A stretch of DNA of 49,788 bases, filler included, from Catajapyx aquilonaris (lineage: Eukaryota): the NCBI GenBank assembly GCA_000934665.2. It is 2 parts of 2 records of this genome, joined end to end, with 100 filler letters (N's around TTAATTAATTAA, not from the genome) between each part and the next. Parts side by side here need not be neighbours in the genome. Positions count along the whole stretch, not along the records: positions 1 to 24,872 come from JYFJ02005451.1; 1 more part is not named here. The stretch is one strand, 5' to 3'. The position numbers were made by a program, and so were the translations under genes. How positions within the stretch are numbered: the stretch's first letter is position 1; every line of letters starts with the position of its first letter. The notes beneath the pieces were generated by a model, which saw only the letters and a list, made by a program, of their open reading frames with translations, was not told the DNA's origin and made no database searches. Shown here piece by piece: positions 13,601-24,972 of the stretch.

Positions 13601-16600
13601 GCGACCCATGGGTTGGGAACAGAAGAAACATTTCGTCCATATAGAGTCGTACCATTCTTTATGAACGGTACTACCTTAGGTAGAAGTGGATCGTATAAAA
13701 TCAGATTTATTAATCCGGATACGGAAACTGTGGAAAGTGTCTTTCTGTAATTGTTATTTCATGACTAAATTCATAATATTATTGTGTAGCTGTGAAGTAA
13801 AAAAAACCCATTCTTTGGATATCTGGATAATCAAAGTACAGAGATTAATACAGGGTCATCGAAAAAGAATGTCCTTTTTCGTGGGTATACGGGGTATATC
13901 GCATGAACCTTTACTTTCCAGTTTTTCTCTTAACTTCACTCCGGTGCAAGGAATCAAGGAGATTGGGTAAGAATAGGGATTTTCGGGGAGAGAACATGGG
14001 TGCAAGTGCAATGTCTTAAAATGGATCATTTGCTGTTCCCCAGGAGGTTAGGTTGCCAGACACCTCCTTGGTGCAGGTCAGAGACCCTCCTGACGCAGGT
14101 TAAAGGAAAGTTCCCCAGGCGGGGATCGAACCTGGGGCCTTTCACTCAGCAAGCCGAGACGTGACCATCTCGGCCACCACACCTCCCCAGGATGTCCCAA
14201 TTTGAAAACCCTATAACTCGGAAACTTGTAGACATATCTGAATGATTTAAGTTTTGAAATGCTAAGAAAGGCCTAAGGTTTTGGTCTCACCTTAGTTTGT
14301 TTCGATTTGAGCTTCAGGTGTCGCTCGGCAGATTAAAAAGTCGGTAATCGGTGTTGTGCCAAATCCTATAAATCATATCTGGAGTTACCGTTACAATCCT
14401 ATCCCGTAGGTCCTGGATAATCTTGGGTCTTTGGGTGATTCTCCAAAAACTTACCAATACCATGTCCCAGCATAATAACTCAAAAATGGCTTGACTGAGA
14501 GAGTTGATTTTTTAAACATTCGGAGAAGGAGTTGACACCTAGCCATCCCCATGAAAACAAAGAAAAATATTAAATTAAGTTTTACTGCAAAAAATGTCAA
14601 AGGGCCTAAAATCACTATTCTTGGCATGTCCCAATCTCATTTCAAAGTATGCTATATTTTCTTACAATTTTATTATTAACATTAGACAAGTTTCAATGAT
14701 ATAATTATTAAATTGTACATATTTGCAGGTATAAAACAACATTTTTAAAACGATTTATTCATTTGACATGACCTTGCTGCATCACTCCAAAGTGTGTCCC
14801 GAGTTTTCCCGGAAATAAAAAGTTCACACTCCTGGCTCATTTTTCTATGTCACAAAATAGCTTAAATATTTTGAAATAACTGTGATTCCATGGCATGAAG
14901 GGTCTTCTTGAACCCACAGAAATTTCCAGAGTCAACGTTTGTTCTGGACCGTGATATTAATCTTAATGCATCCAAAGGCCATTCTTCTGGCTCCCAAACT
15001 CCCGGAAATTAAAAGTTCACACTCCTGGCTCATTTTTCTATGCCACATAATAGCTTAAATGTTTTGAAATAACTGTGATTCCATGGAATGAAGGGTCTTC
15101 TTGAACCCACCGAAATCTCCATAGACAACGTTTGTTCTGGACCGTGACATTAATCCTATTGCAAGCATAGGTCATTCTTCTGGCTCCCGAACTCCTGGAA
15201 ATATTCACTCTCCTGGCATTAGAATATCAGAATTAGTTCTCCATATTTTTCCCTGATTTGTGACCTCATATAGAGTAAGTGAGAATTTTTCCAGATTTCT
15301 AAAACAAGTTTTGAAATTCATTAATTCTTGCTTTGAAAATGGTAAGTTTTTGGAAAATCACCCCTTTACACCACACACATTGTTCTTGGTGATTCACATA
15401 AAAAGTCTTGAAAAGTGCATGAAACAAACCTGCCGTAGGAAAGTTTCATTTGTTCAGTCTCCCAGTGTGCGAAGTCTTTAATGAGAAGTTTCGTCATGCC
15501 TAGCTAGCCCCTCCAGAAGCCCAGTTCTTATCCCTTTGGACTTTTTTGTGGAGACACATGTATGGTGAAAAGATCCGGCATCCCCATCACCTACGGGATA
15601 AGATTGCAACGTTAACGCCAGACATGCCTGAGAGGGTTTGGCACGACACAGATTACCGTATTAAAATTTTTCTAACGGAGCTCATATCGTCCCCATGTAA
15701 CATGCCCTGTAGGCTCGCCTGTAGGTCACAGCAAAAACTTGCCCATTGCAGAATTTAAGTTTGTTCCCAGCACAGGCCTCTAAAATGTATATTTCTGTCG
15801 CATATGGAAACCTTCTCATTATGGGAAATATTTCCAGAGTGGAGTGAGACAGGTTCACTGTATTGCACCACTTATCATATTTGTACAGGTGGAGGCATGC
15901 GAGTTGGTCATGAATACCAGGCAGTGATCCCAGATTACATCCCAATCCAAGATCGTCTGCCTGAACAATGTCCTACGATGGACTTGCAAATCTGGACACC
16001 CACAACTGATATACCAGATTACAGAAGTGAGTGTCATTAGATCTTCAAGGGTCTTATAGCTATAATGCAACAATCTTGATTTATTTAATTCTTTAAAAAT
16101 ATCTCACATTGCTTTTATAATTATTATCCTTACCAGTGGATGAGTACATATTGTTGGCAAAGGAGAAATATGGGTTAAGTGTAGAGCAAGCACTGGGGAT
16201 GCTGCACTGGAACAAGCATGACCTGCAGAAGGCCATCCTTATCCTGGGCGATTTTACCCCATTACAAGACCAGTGGACTGTTGAAGAGAAGGTTCTCTTT
16301 GAGGAAGCATTTCACATCCACGGGAAGAGATTTCATCGCATACAACTTATGGTCAGTGAACCTAACAAAGTGAATTTGGAAGGTCGGTTATATTCCTTAC
16401 ACAAAAAATGCCGATTCAAGATAATTTGCTGGCCATTTTAGCAACATGATAATACTGTAGTACTTCATTGTTTCTTTACTCAATAGGCCCTTGCTAATTT
16501 TAAAATTTGTTCTAAAAATAAGATATATCTTATGTATTTATTGCGCTGATGATAATATCACATATTTTTATTAGCTTCCAAACAAGTCAATTTCAAGCCT

Positions 16601-19431
16601 GGTTAAGTACTATTATTCTTGGAAGAAGAAGAGAACTCCGCCCACTACAGTGGACCGGCTGGCAAAGCGACTGGCCGAACATACGAGTAAAGAGGTAAGT
16701 GATGGAAGTTCCAAACAGAGTTTCAAAAGTGACAGTGAGAGTGAGGGAGATGACAAGCAGGAAGGGGTCAGTTTATGAATGCAGAGAAGAGAGCGAAGAT
16801 ATTGTGGCTCCTAGGTGTAGCCCCGCATGGAAGTTTTCCAGGAACAAAATGTCCCCCNCCCCCCCCCCCCCCTATTGGGGATAGTGTTTTTAACAGTGAA
16901 TTTTTGTCTTGACGCCCCCAACGCTCATGCGCTATGTTTTATTAGCTTTTATTTAAGAAAATGACCACATATAGAGAATAGAGGTAGGCCTATACAGCAA
17001 GAAAATGGACTCTCCCCTTATGCTACTACTTCTGAAGGGGTAGCACTCACGTATTTATGCGTACCGTACTTATTAGTCTTGGAAAAATGTGAGAGACAAT
17101 AAGAAAGATGAAGGAGAAAAAAAAAACATACAAATCACTTATGTGGCCTTTTGAGAGTTAGTTCCCATCCTCATCCTGTCTTCTTGCACCAAACTTTCAA
17201 GACAACACCCTCTTGCACCATCATACCTCGATATAATTTTGCCATTCCACAGCCCACTTGCCTTCTATTTGATCTTTATGTCAGTTTTGTTTTCATTGTT
17301 TATTTTCCATTTTTAAAGGCCTGCTCCTGTTCTGTATGAACTTACCTGAATTGTGCAAAATATTGTCTGCACAACTCTAAGCATTTTCTTCCATTATCCT
17401 GAGTGGGTTTCTTTTGGCGGACAACACTTATTGTGATTACCAATGAGATATATCCACCACTGTAAAACTTGTATAATCCAAAAATACTGTATATTCAATT
17501 GTTAAAATTTATTCGGAATTTTTACAACGAAAAGGTCAGAAAGACAGTGTTCAGTTTGTTTTCACAAACGCTACTAATTATGCGAAGGTGCTGTATTACT
17601 ATGTGTGTGTGTCAGGAGATATGAACTTATCGTGTATGTCAGTCGAAAAAGGCAAGGATGTGTGCAGCTGATAATTTCAAACAAATTAGAATTAGGCAAG
17701 AAATTAAGTGACATTTGGTACATTCAAATTGGAATGCACAATGAGTGCATTTTAATGGAATGAATATTTTCTATGGGCTTCCATCTCTGGGTCAGGAGTA
17801 ACACTGGAATTGCCTCATCATTCCAGCCACAGCACCACAATCCACAATATCACCACCACCCACAACATCTGGTGATGCAGCACAGCAGGAGACCCCCCAG
17901 AAGAATGTGCACCAAGCGTGGTGACGTGGTGGCAATGGCGAATGGACCACCTGGACAGGGTGATAGGATGCTCAAGGCAGTGGTCAGGGAGCTTGGGTCA
18001 CTCAAGAGGCAGGTGCAGAACAACACACAGATGATCAACAACCTGAAGCGGATCACTGGAGATGGAGAGGAGTTTAGGGGGAATGGAGGAACAAGAAGGA
18101 TCAATGCCAAGTGGACCAATTCTGAGTTGCTCCTGGCTGTGGAAGGTTGTCAGAGAAATTAATTTTCTGCTGCATGCTTTCACTTTCTAAGTTGCTTTCA
18201 GTTTATATTTGCCATGCTCGGAGAGAAAGTCATTGCTGCAATTCACAGTAGACCTACCCTGATTTTTATGAGGTCCACATGACATCACATTTGTTACTTG
18301 TTACGGTAACTTGCCTACCAATAACAACGATGATTATGTCATTTGAAAAAAAAGGCAGAGTATAGATTTGCCCGCACAACTTCATCAAACTGTACACTTT
18401 TATTTTTAATCATTGCAAATTTTAGTAACTTATTTAGAAAAAAAACATGTTAATAATGACAAAAAATGAAGACCACACCAAAACCACATTACCTTGTGGA
18501 GAATCACTCTAGTTAAAAAACATTTACACTGCCACCGCACAATTTGTGGCCCATATCCTGTTAATGGTCATGGGAAAGAGGACATATTTTAAGTAGGCTA
18601 AATTTTGTGCCCAACTGCCACAAGTGCAGGTAACAGCAGATGACAAGGGTTAATAGATTGTGATGGGATGTTTTCCCTACTTTATCAATTTACGGTACAT
18701 ATTATAGTCCAAGTACTAGATCATGATGTTTTAACGCACTGTAGCAGTACTGCAATAGTTGGATGTTCCAAAATGCAGCATTATTGCCATTGTTAATGTG
18801 ACTTGCTTGGTAATGATTACAATGGTGACGTCATATGAAACTTGAGAAAGTCAACGATGTTCAGGGAAGGTTTTTAAATACAGAGCACAGCAATTACCCA
18901 GTTTTTGAGCCATTCAAACCACTAATGTCAAGATGATTCTTGCAGGTGTGCGCAAGTATGGGAAGAACTTCAAGGCTATTGCAGAGGTGATAGGCACCAA
19001 GACAGAAGACCACCTCCTGTACTTTTTCTTGAACTACAGGCGCAGATTCAAACTGGATGCTGTGCTTAAGGAGTATGAAGTTGAAAATGGACTGAGAGCA
19101 CATGAAGATGAGAAGGACACCAAAGGAGAGGCAAAGGGGGAGTAAAAACAGACATTAAGGTTGAGCCAAATGAAGGGAAGGTATATGTGCTATAAATTAA
19201 TACTCAAATGTCAGATTGCTATTAGTTATTACCACTCTATATTTCCAGATGGAGGTGGATGCATCTTCAGGAAGTGATTTTATGACACAGACCCCACATG
19301 GTGCCAACTCATCCATCACAATAGGTGTGGGTTGTCCGGGCATAGTCCCTGGTGTCAAGCAAGAGTTAGCTGGTCGAGTAAGTGCATCTAAGGTGGTAAA
19401 GGATGCTTACACCCCCCTACCCTTCATCTAA
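7692..19431 (+). CDS. CoREST: CoREST/REST corepressor-like protein (ELM2, SANT1, coiled coil, SANT2); exons approx. 7692..7830, 15889..16026, 16137..16351, 16575..16694 (or ..16766), ~17827..18145, 18946..19145/19180, 19249..19431
   Basis: Exon 1 MAER...NGRRSRG...SSNDEGEE|gtgagt resembles the insect CoREST N-terminus and is phase 1, matching the next exon. [14 protein letters not shown] (ELM2); [63 protein letters not shown] (SANT1); SLKRQVQ (coiled coil); [44 protein letters not shown] (SANT2). GT-AG phases are consistent; the exon 5 acceptor is uncertain. Confidence 0.88.
8110..8380. mobile_element. Inverted-repeat element (MITE-like), family unassigned
   Basis: tcagtgacctgaatgtccagtgtt (~8133) is inverted as aacactggacattcaggacactga (~8335), and similarity extends outward. 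Ends not resolved. Confidence 0.45.
8611..8772. mobile_element. PIF/Harbinger-like MITE
   Basis: tttacatgtgagcgatttgacgagcgaa ... ttcgctcgtcaaatcgctcacatgtaaacgcggc|ttta inverted pair; a further TIR copy ttaggccacgtttacatgtgagcgat lies at ~8978. Confidence 0.55.
9250..9753 (-). mobile_element. Internally deleted Tigger/pogo element with a transposase C-terminal remnant
   Basis: TA|caggtaaaatctcgtt ... aacgagattttactg|TA. Minus strand reads [16 protein letters not shown] and [28 protein letters not shown], typical of Tigger transposase C-termini. Confidence 0.75.
10176..11034. mobile_element. Non-autonomous DNA transposon with TAGGG termini (hAT-like)
   Basis: TIR taggg(g)gcggattctcgtggact / agtccacgagaatccgccccta; subterminal gcccgca/tgcgggc repeats at both ends. 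TSD not clearly resolved. Confidence 0.65.
11527..12091. mobile_element. Palindromic Tc1/mariner-like MITE
   Basis: TA|cagggtgtttattgtaactctgcaaagactttcaggggt ... acccctgaaagtctttgcagagttacaataaacaccctg|TA; inverted arms extend about 190 bp or more. Confidence 0.9.
12410..12567 (-). mobile_element. SINE body fragment lacking the tRNA head
   Basis: Reverse complement matches 31390..31540 (catctc.ggctt, ccacccggggga, gacattgcacttgcac.ttgcacatcccctcc). Confidence 0.65.
12801..13015. mobile_element. Tc1-like MITE
   Basis: TA|cagtcccga.cataaagtt.gagacg ... cgtctcc..aacttgtaagctcgggactg|TA. Confidence 0.7.
13280..13673. mobile_element. MITE with ~45-bp imperfect TIRs
   Basis: tcataaaatatggtacgactctatagaagaaaatgttt versus aaacatttcgtccatatagagtcgtaccattctttatga. 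Confidence 0.6.
13970..14187 (-). mobile_element. tRNA-derived SINE
   Basis: Minus strand ggaggtgtggTGGCCGAGATGG (A box) ... GGTTCGATCCC (B box), followed by a body containing gacattgcacttgcac. Confidence 0.7.
14807..15215. repeat. ~193-bp tandem repeat (two full copies plus a partial third)
   Basis: cccggaaat.aaaagttcacactcctggctcatttttctatg... at ~14808 and ~15001; partial cctggaaatattcactctcctggc at ~15194. Confidence 0.85.
15495..15660 (+). mobile_element. Degenerate Tc1/mariner transposase C-terminal fragment
   Basis: Decayed, frameshifted PPRSPDL.PLDFFLW-like segment followed by [29 protein letters not shown]. Confidence 0.6.
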
Positions 19432-20472
19432 GAATCGAGAAGCTAAAATGTCTGGTTCACAATGAGTCTGCTCACTGTCAGCAGAAGAGAGAGAGAGAGA
19501 GAAAATATTAATTATTGACGGCAAGTCTTTATCAAGTTTCCTTTCAAAAAGATAATGCCGTAGAATTTAGTGGTGCAAATGTATCTACGATGTATCTCGT
19601 ATTACAAGAAACCTTTTCGTTTTTAGATTTTGCTTTTATCTGAGTGTCTATAGGCTCTAGGGGTTGTATAATTAATATGGTAGATGAAATTATTTCCCTG
19701 CCAGTAATAATTGAGGGGGAGTAATAAAGAGTGGTTCAAGTCACAAAATGTTGTTTCTGAGAAAACGGGACTTAAAGTTAATGACTTACTATGATGCCAT
19801 ATGAGATCAAATATGAATCTTTGCGGTTCAAGGCGTCCAGGAATTTTTCTGCACAACAATCAGTATTGCACGTGAAAGATGGTATCGCGACGATGCCAAT
19901 ATTATGGTAGTATATTATATAACTTTTTTCATGATTTTTTGTCACTTGAACCACTGTAGTTGGTAGCCTCTCAATTACACGTGTCTCTCTTATGTTTTGT
20001 TGTAACATTACAATACATAGGTTTTTTCTGCTATGTATGTGTGCACATAGATTAACACCAATGTTGCTGCAAGAACCAGTAATTTAGAATTCGCGCACAC
20101 AATCATATTAGGGATGTTCCATGATCACGTATGTGACATTTGTATGCTCCCTCCCCCCCCCNCCCCCCCCCCCCGAAATCGTTTTTAAAGAAATAGTATA
20201 ACTAAACATTTTGATTGACTTTACTTTGAGCAGTGCATTCTTGCACTCATATACAGAATTCTTCAGACGCGTTGTACAGCAATTAAAAGTACGGCAATTA
20301 AATTACTAGCTATCATGTACGTGACAAATTTTGGAAGTGCAAATTAAATGTAATACTGTACTTTGCAAATATTTCTGCTAATTTATAATGATGCCAGCAA
20401 GGTTGAATTTTTTAGGTAGTTGAAAGAGAATCTACAGTAAATGATATGAAAAATAATTTTTTTACACTTATA

Positions 20473-21418
20473 CAGGGTTGGGCAAAATGTATGGCCTGAT
20501 TTGAATCACGTGGTACGGTGGTGCTGTTTGAGCATGCAAGGGATATGGGCATGTGCTGGAGTAAGGAAGGTTTGCCATTTGCAAAAATGGTGTCTTGGTC
20601 TGCAAAGCACCGTGCAGTCATCATGGAGATTTATTTTAAAAAATAATGACTCCACCAGAGCTGTGCGAAGGATCTTTCTTCACCATTTTGGGCTGGGACG
20701 TCAGAACCAAGTCCCCGACCATCAGGCAATCATAAGGGGGGTGAAGCAGTTCCGGGACACAGCATCAGAAACCAAAAAAGCACTGGACATCCAAGGACAG
20801 CCTACCCTCCCAAGATGTCCACAATGCGCTCCTCCGAAGTCCTTAGTGATCAGCAGTTAGGCACGCCTTGGCACTATGAATGTTGGCACACTCCCTGTGC
20901 TACATCATCCATGATGTCCTGCACTTATATCCTTACAAGATCAAGCTGTGCAACAATTGAAAGCAAGGGACAAAGTGGCCCGAAGAACCTTTTAGGACGC
21001 TTGGAACGGCCAATAGCCCAGGAATTCGGAGTTGTGCGTTGAATACCCTTTGGGTGGGGGTCCGTTGTGTCCTAGAATAGCACTGTCCAAGGACTCCTTG
21101 GACAGTGATATTCTGGTCCAGGCATGATGATGTGTTCAGGAATTGCTTCACCCACCTTATGTTTGTCTGGTGGTTGATAACTTCGTCCTGATATCCCAGT
21201 TCAAAATGGCTAAGAAATATCCTTCGTAGAGCTATGGGGAACTCGTTAATTTTAAAATAAGTCTCCACAAAGAATGCACAGGGCTCTGGCGACCACGACA
21301 CCATTTTTGCAAATGGCAAACCTTCCCCACTCCAGCACATGCCAATATCCCCTGCATGCTCAAACAGCATCATAGTACCACGTGATTCAAATCAGGCCAT
21401 ACATTTTGCCCAACCCTG
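20473..21418. mobile_element. Tc1/mariner-derived foldback element with two inward-facing transposase 5' remnants
   Basis: TA|cagggttgggcaaaatgtatggcctgatttgaatcacgtggtac is perfectly inverted at the right end, with TA. The + arm reads MVSWSAKHRAVIMEIYF..NNDSTRAVRRIF; the - arm reads MVSWSPEPCAFFVETYFKINEFPIALRRIF (N-terminal HTH-like). Confidence 0.88.
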
Positions 21419-21423
21419 TACAA

Positions 21424-23364
21424 TAGGGCGGCTCGAAAAACACTTTTTTTCGAAAGTTGTAGTTCGCTAGTGAAAAAAAGTTGTGATGGGCGATCCTTTT
21501 GACAGGTAAAAAATCTGAGTCATGTGGGTTAATATCCTACGGCTCCGCCAGGGGCGTAAGTGACGCAACTTCCGGGTTTTCGTTTTGTGGTGTGCGAGTA
21601 CACTTAGCCGGCCTAAAAATGAAAGGTTGTGGCCCTTTGGGGGTGAAATGTCGTTATTTTTGCGATATCTTGCACCGTTGACGAGATATTGACCAAACCC
21701 CCTGTTCAAAAATTACACAGTTCTGCAAAAAAAACCACTCTCTTTCGCTCTTTTGAAAACTTGTATGTGCTTTTTATGGATGTTGGGGTGCTGAATCCGA
21801 ATCCGGCAACAGATTCTCTTTATCACGTACGGTTTTAGAGATATATCGTTTTAAAACCTTTGACGGTTTACTAGGGGTCTTTCCGAATCAAGTGGGCCTA
21901 ATGTTGCTAGACCGCCTCGGATCTTGGTGAAAATAATCCCAGATGTATTCATCTATTCCATAATGCTGCCTATAAAAATTCAACCATATTGCTCTATACT
22001 ATGATGAGGGGGGAAATCGCAAACATCTGGAAATGGCTGAGAATGAGGCCTTTTTTGGAGATTTTTTTTTCGGTTAGTGCAAGTGGTCAAACCCCAATGA
22101 ACATATACGTATATTAAAAGAAAGGGAAACACCAGGACAATGCGCCTATGGAATTAGTTTTCCTCTAAAATGTACAAATAAATTTTCATTGCATTTAATT
22201 TGTCACTAGCACAGTCACATGCCCAAGAATATATTGTGACCTCAACAATTATAATCGACTGCCCTTGGCCGACTCCCTCTCGTACCTTTTACACTTATAC
22301 AAATGCGTATATCACTGGTTCGGGCTGTCCTGCGGAGAAAACCCTTACGCAGTCCTGGAAACACACTGCGACAAATGTAAAAAACAACGATTCTTGATTT
22401 AAGTGTCGTATCTCCCAAAATTGGCGTTTTCTCAAATGCTGTACGTGATAGAGCCACTTTGACTTCAGATCTGAATTCAGCACACCTTAATATATATAGT
22501 CAGTCTGATTTTATCCAAAATAGGATTTTTATGCGGAACATGTTGAGGTCACAATATATTCTTGGGCATGTGACTGAGCTAGTGACAAATTAAATGCAAT
22601 AAAAATTTATTTGTACAGTTTAGAGGAAAACTAATTCCATAGGCGCATTGTCCTGGTGTTTCCCTTTCTTTTAATATACGTATATGTTCATTGGGGTTTG
22701 ACCACTTGCACTAACCGAAAAAAAAATCTCCAAAAAAGGCCTCATTCTCAGCCATTTCCAGATGTTTGCGATTTCCCCCCTCATCATAGTATTGAGCAAT
22801 ATGGTTGAATTTTTATAGGCAGCATTATGGAATAGATGAATACATCTGGGATTATTTTCACCAAGATCCGAGGCGGTCTAGCAACATTAGGCCCACTTGA
22901 TTCGGAAAGACCCCTAGTAAACCGTCAAAGGTTTTAAAACGATATATCTCTAAAACCGTACGTGATAGAGAGAATCTGTTGCCGGATTCGGATTCAGCAC
23001 CCCAACATCCATGAAAAGCACATACAAGTTTTCAAAAGAGCGAAAGAGAGTGGTTTTTTTTGCAGAACTGTGTAATTTTTGAACAGGGGGTTTGGTCAAT
23101 ATCTCGTCAACGGTGCAAGATATCGCAAAAATAACGACATTTCACCCCCAAAGGGCCACAACCTTTCATTTTTAGGCCGGGTAAGTGTACTCGCACACCA
23201 AAAAACGAAAACCCGGAAGTTGCGTCACTTACGCCCCTGGCGGAGCCGTAGGATATTAACCCACATGACTCAGATTTTTTACCTGTCAAAAGGATCGCCC
23301 AACACAACTTTTTTTCACTAGCGAACTACAACTTTCGAAAAAAAGCGTTTTTCGAGCCGCCCTA
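21424..23364. mobile_element. 1.94-kb foldback hAT-like non-autonomous transposon
   Basis: Near-perfect 824-bp inverted arms 21424..22247 and 22541..23364 with a 293-bp spacer; termini TAGGGCGGCTCG; 8-bp TSD CTGTACAA at 21416..21423 and 23365..23372. Confidence 0.92.
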
Positions 23365-23414
23365 CTGTACAACATTTAAAGTCATACTTCCAAAATATTT
23401 AGAACTAGCTATCA

Positions 23415-23562
23415 CAAGGGGGTAATCACTCGACTGAAAAGTGTACACTGGAGTGCCAAATTCAAGGAGTACCAAGGAGTAAGAAAGAGTGAGGGACCTG
23501 AGGAGTACCAAGGAGTACCACTCGCAGGTGTACACCGGAGTACCGAAGTGATTACTCCCTTG
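23415..23562. mobile_element. 148-bp MITE with 8-bp TSD (hAT- or P-like)
   Basis: TIR caaggg(g/a)gtaatcact; TSD AGCTATCA at 23407..23414 and 23563..23570; internal ggagtacc repeats. Confidence 0.8.
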
Positions 23563-24872
23563 AGCTATCACGTATGTGACGGCTATCACGTAGGCTATGT
23601 GACAGAGTGCTAATTACATGTGTATTTAGGTATATTGTGGCATTTATTTCTGTAAATGGTTAATCCAGACACCAATAGGTCTACTGCTACCTTTATAGTA
23701 GCTGTAATTGGAGCAAAACTGTTTTACAAAATACAAGTTAAGTAGGGTTCAGGATAAATGCAATTATTTAAAGTTAATTACTATACAGTATTTTTAAAAA
23801 GCATAACATTCTACAGGCCTGTAATATCTAAATAGGCCTACTTGTGTGCATCAACGGATTCACTAAAATATGAACAGTCTGCCTCAAATAATAACTGTTG
23901 ACAATATTTGCACTACCCTATATTATGAGTTCTGTCCAGTTGGTATTGCTCAATGTATGCAAAATTGCCCGACACTTTTATCAAATAAATTTTTTTTGAA
24001 GTCATTATTTTGTATCTACGCTGTATCTTCAAAATTTTGCCCCTCTTTTGCTTGCAACCTTTTCCAAAATGATTGTCCCCATCACAATAATGTCCACTTC
24101 CATTGGAGCATCAACATCTGGCTAAGAATACCATAAAACTATGGCTAGTCTAACTATGGTTGGTTGCGGAGAGACACAATTACTGTAAAAATTCAATTCA
24201 GAATTGCAGAAAATATTGCATGTACACTTTGTATTCCTTTAACGAGTTCCCCCTTGTTTCTGACCAGTCTATTGATTTAGTCTCAGTGTCAATTTACTCT
24301 TGCATTTTGGCACAACAGTGGCTTTACGCATAATTTTAGCAGCAACAAAAGCAAAATCTGGAGCCATTTCAACTACTTTTCGTTGCCTCATCACATTCGC
24401 ATGCACTCGTAACTTTCCTGAACCACCATACTAATCTATCACACCTTTGCCATGATGTGTGTGTGTGGGTGGGTGTGCTCACTGTCAGCAGAGGAGAGAG
24501 AAAAAATACTTGCCCTGATCTGAAAATATTGGGACACCCCCAAAAAATGGAGTGGTGGGGTTATACACAGGATGTGATAAAAAGTTTCCATTAAGATTAT
24601 CTGGACTTTAGAATGGATAATTATGAATAGTAACAATTGAGCTAGGAGGATACCAAATTTGAAGTTCATTTGACAGTTAACAACTGAAATAAATACGATT
24701 ATACCTTGGACAGTGAATTTCTGTGGGGTCTGGTAAAAATTGCTGCCACTCTGTTTATTTCTCACTTAGCGTAATGTAAATGTTGATAATGAACCTGAGG
24801 GGCCGCACAAACCCAAAAACAGTTATGACATTAATTACAAAAAATCTAGCACAAAATTAAAAAATATTTATC

Positions 24873-24972
24873 NNNNNNNNNNNNNNNNNNNNNNNNNNNN
24901 NNNNNNNNNNNNNNNNTTAATTAATTAANNNNNNNNNNNNNNNNNNNNNNNNNNNNNNNNNNNNNNNNNNNN
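24873..24972. other. Assembly gap with artificial six-frame stop linker
   Basis: 44 N + TTAATTAATTAA + 44 N = 100 bp. Confidence 0.9.

Noticed and set aside
14110..14187. Functional tRNA gene (also 31317..31392)
   Set aside because: Acceptor and anticodon stems pair poorly and both continue into a shared SINE body.
21467..23321. Pair of near-identical 80-aa ORFs on opposite strands
   Set aside because: Artefact of the foldback arms; TTG starts and no recognisable domain.
23440..23550. CRISPR-like short repeats (ggagtacc)
   Set aside because: Eukaryotic context, irregular spacing, and they lie inside a TIR/TSD-bounded MITE.
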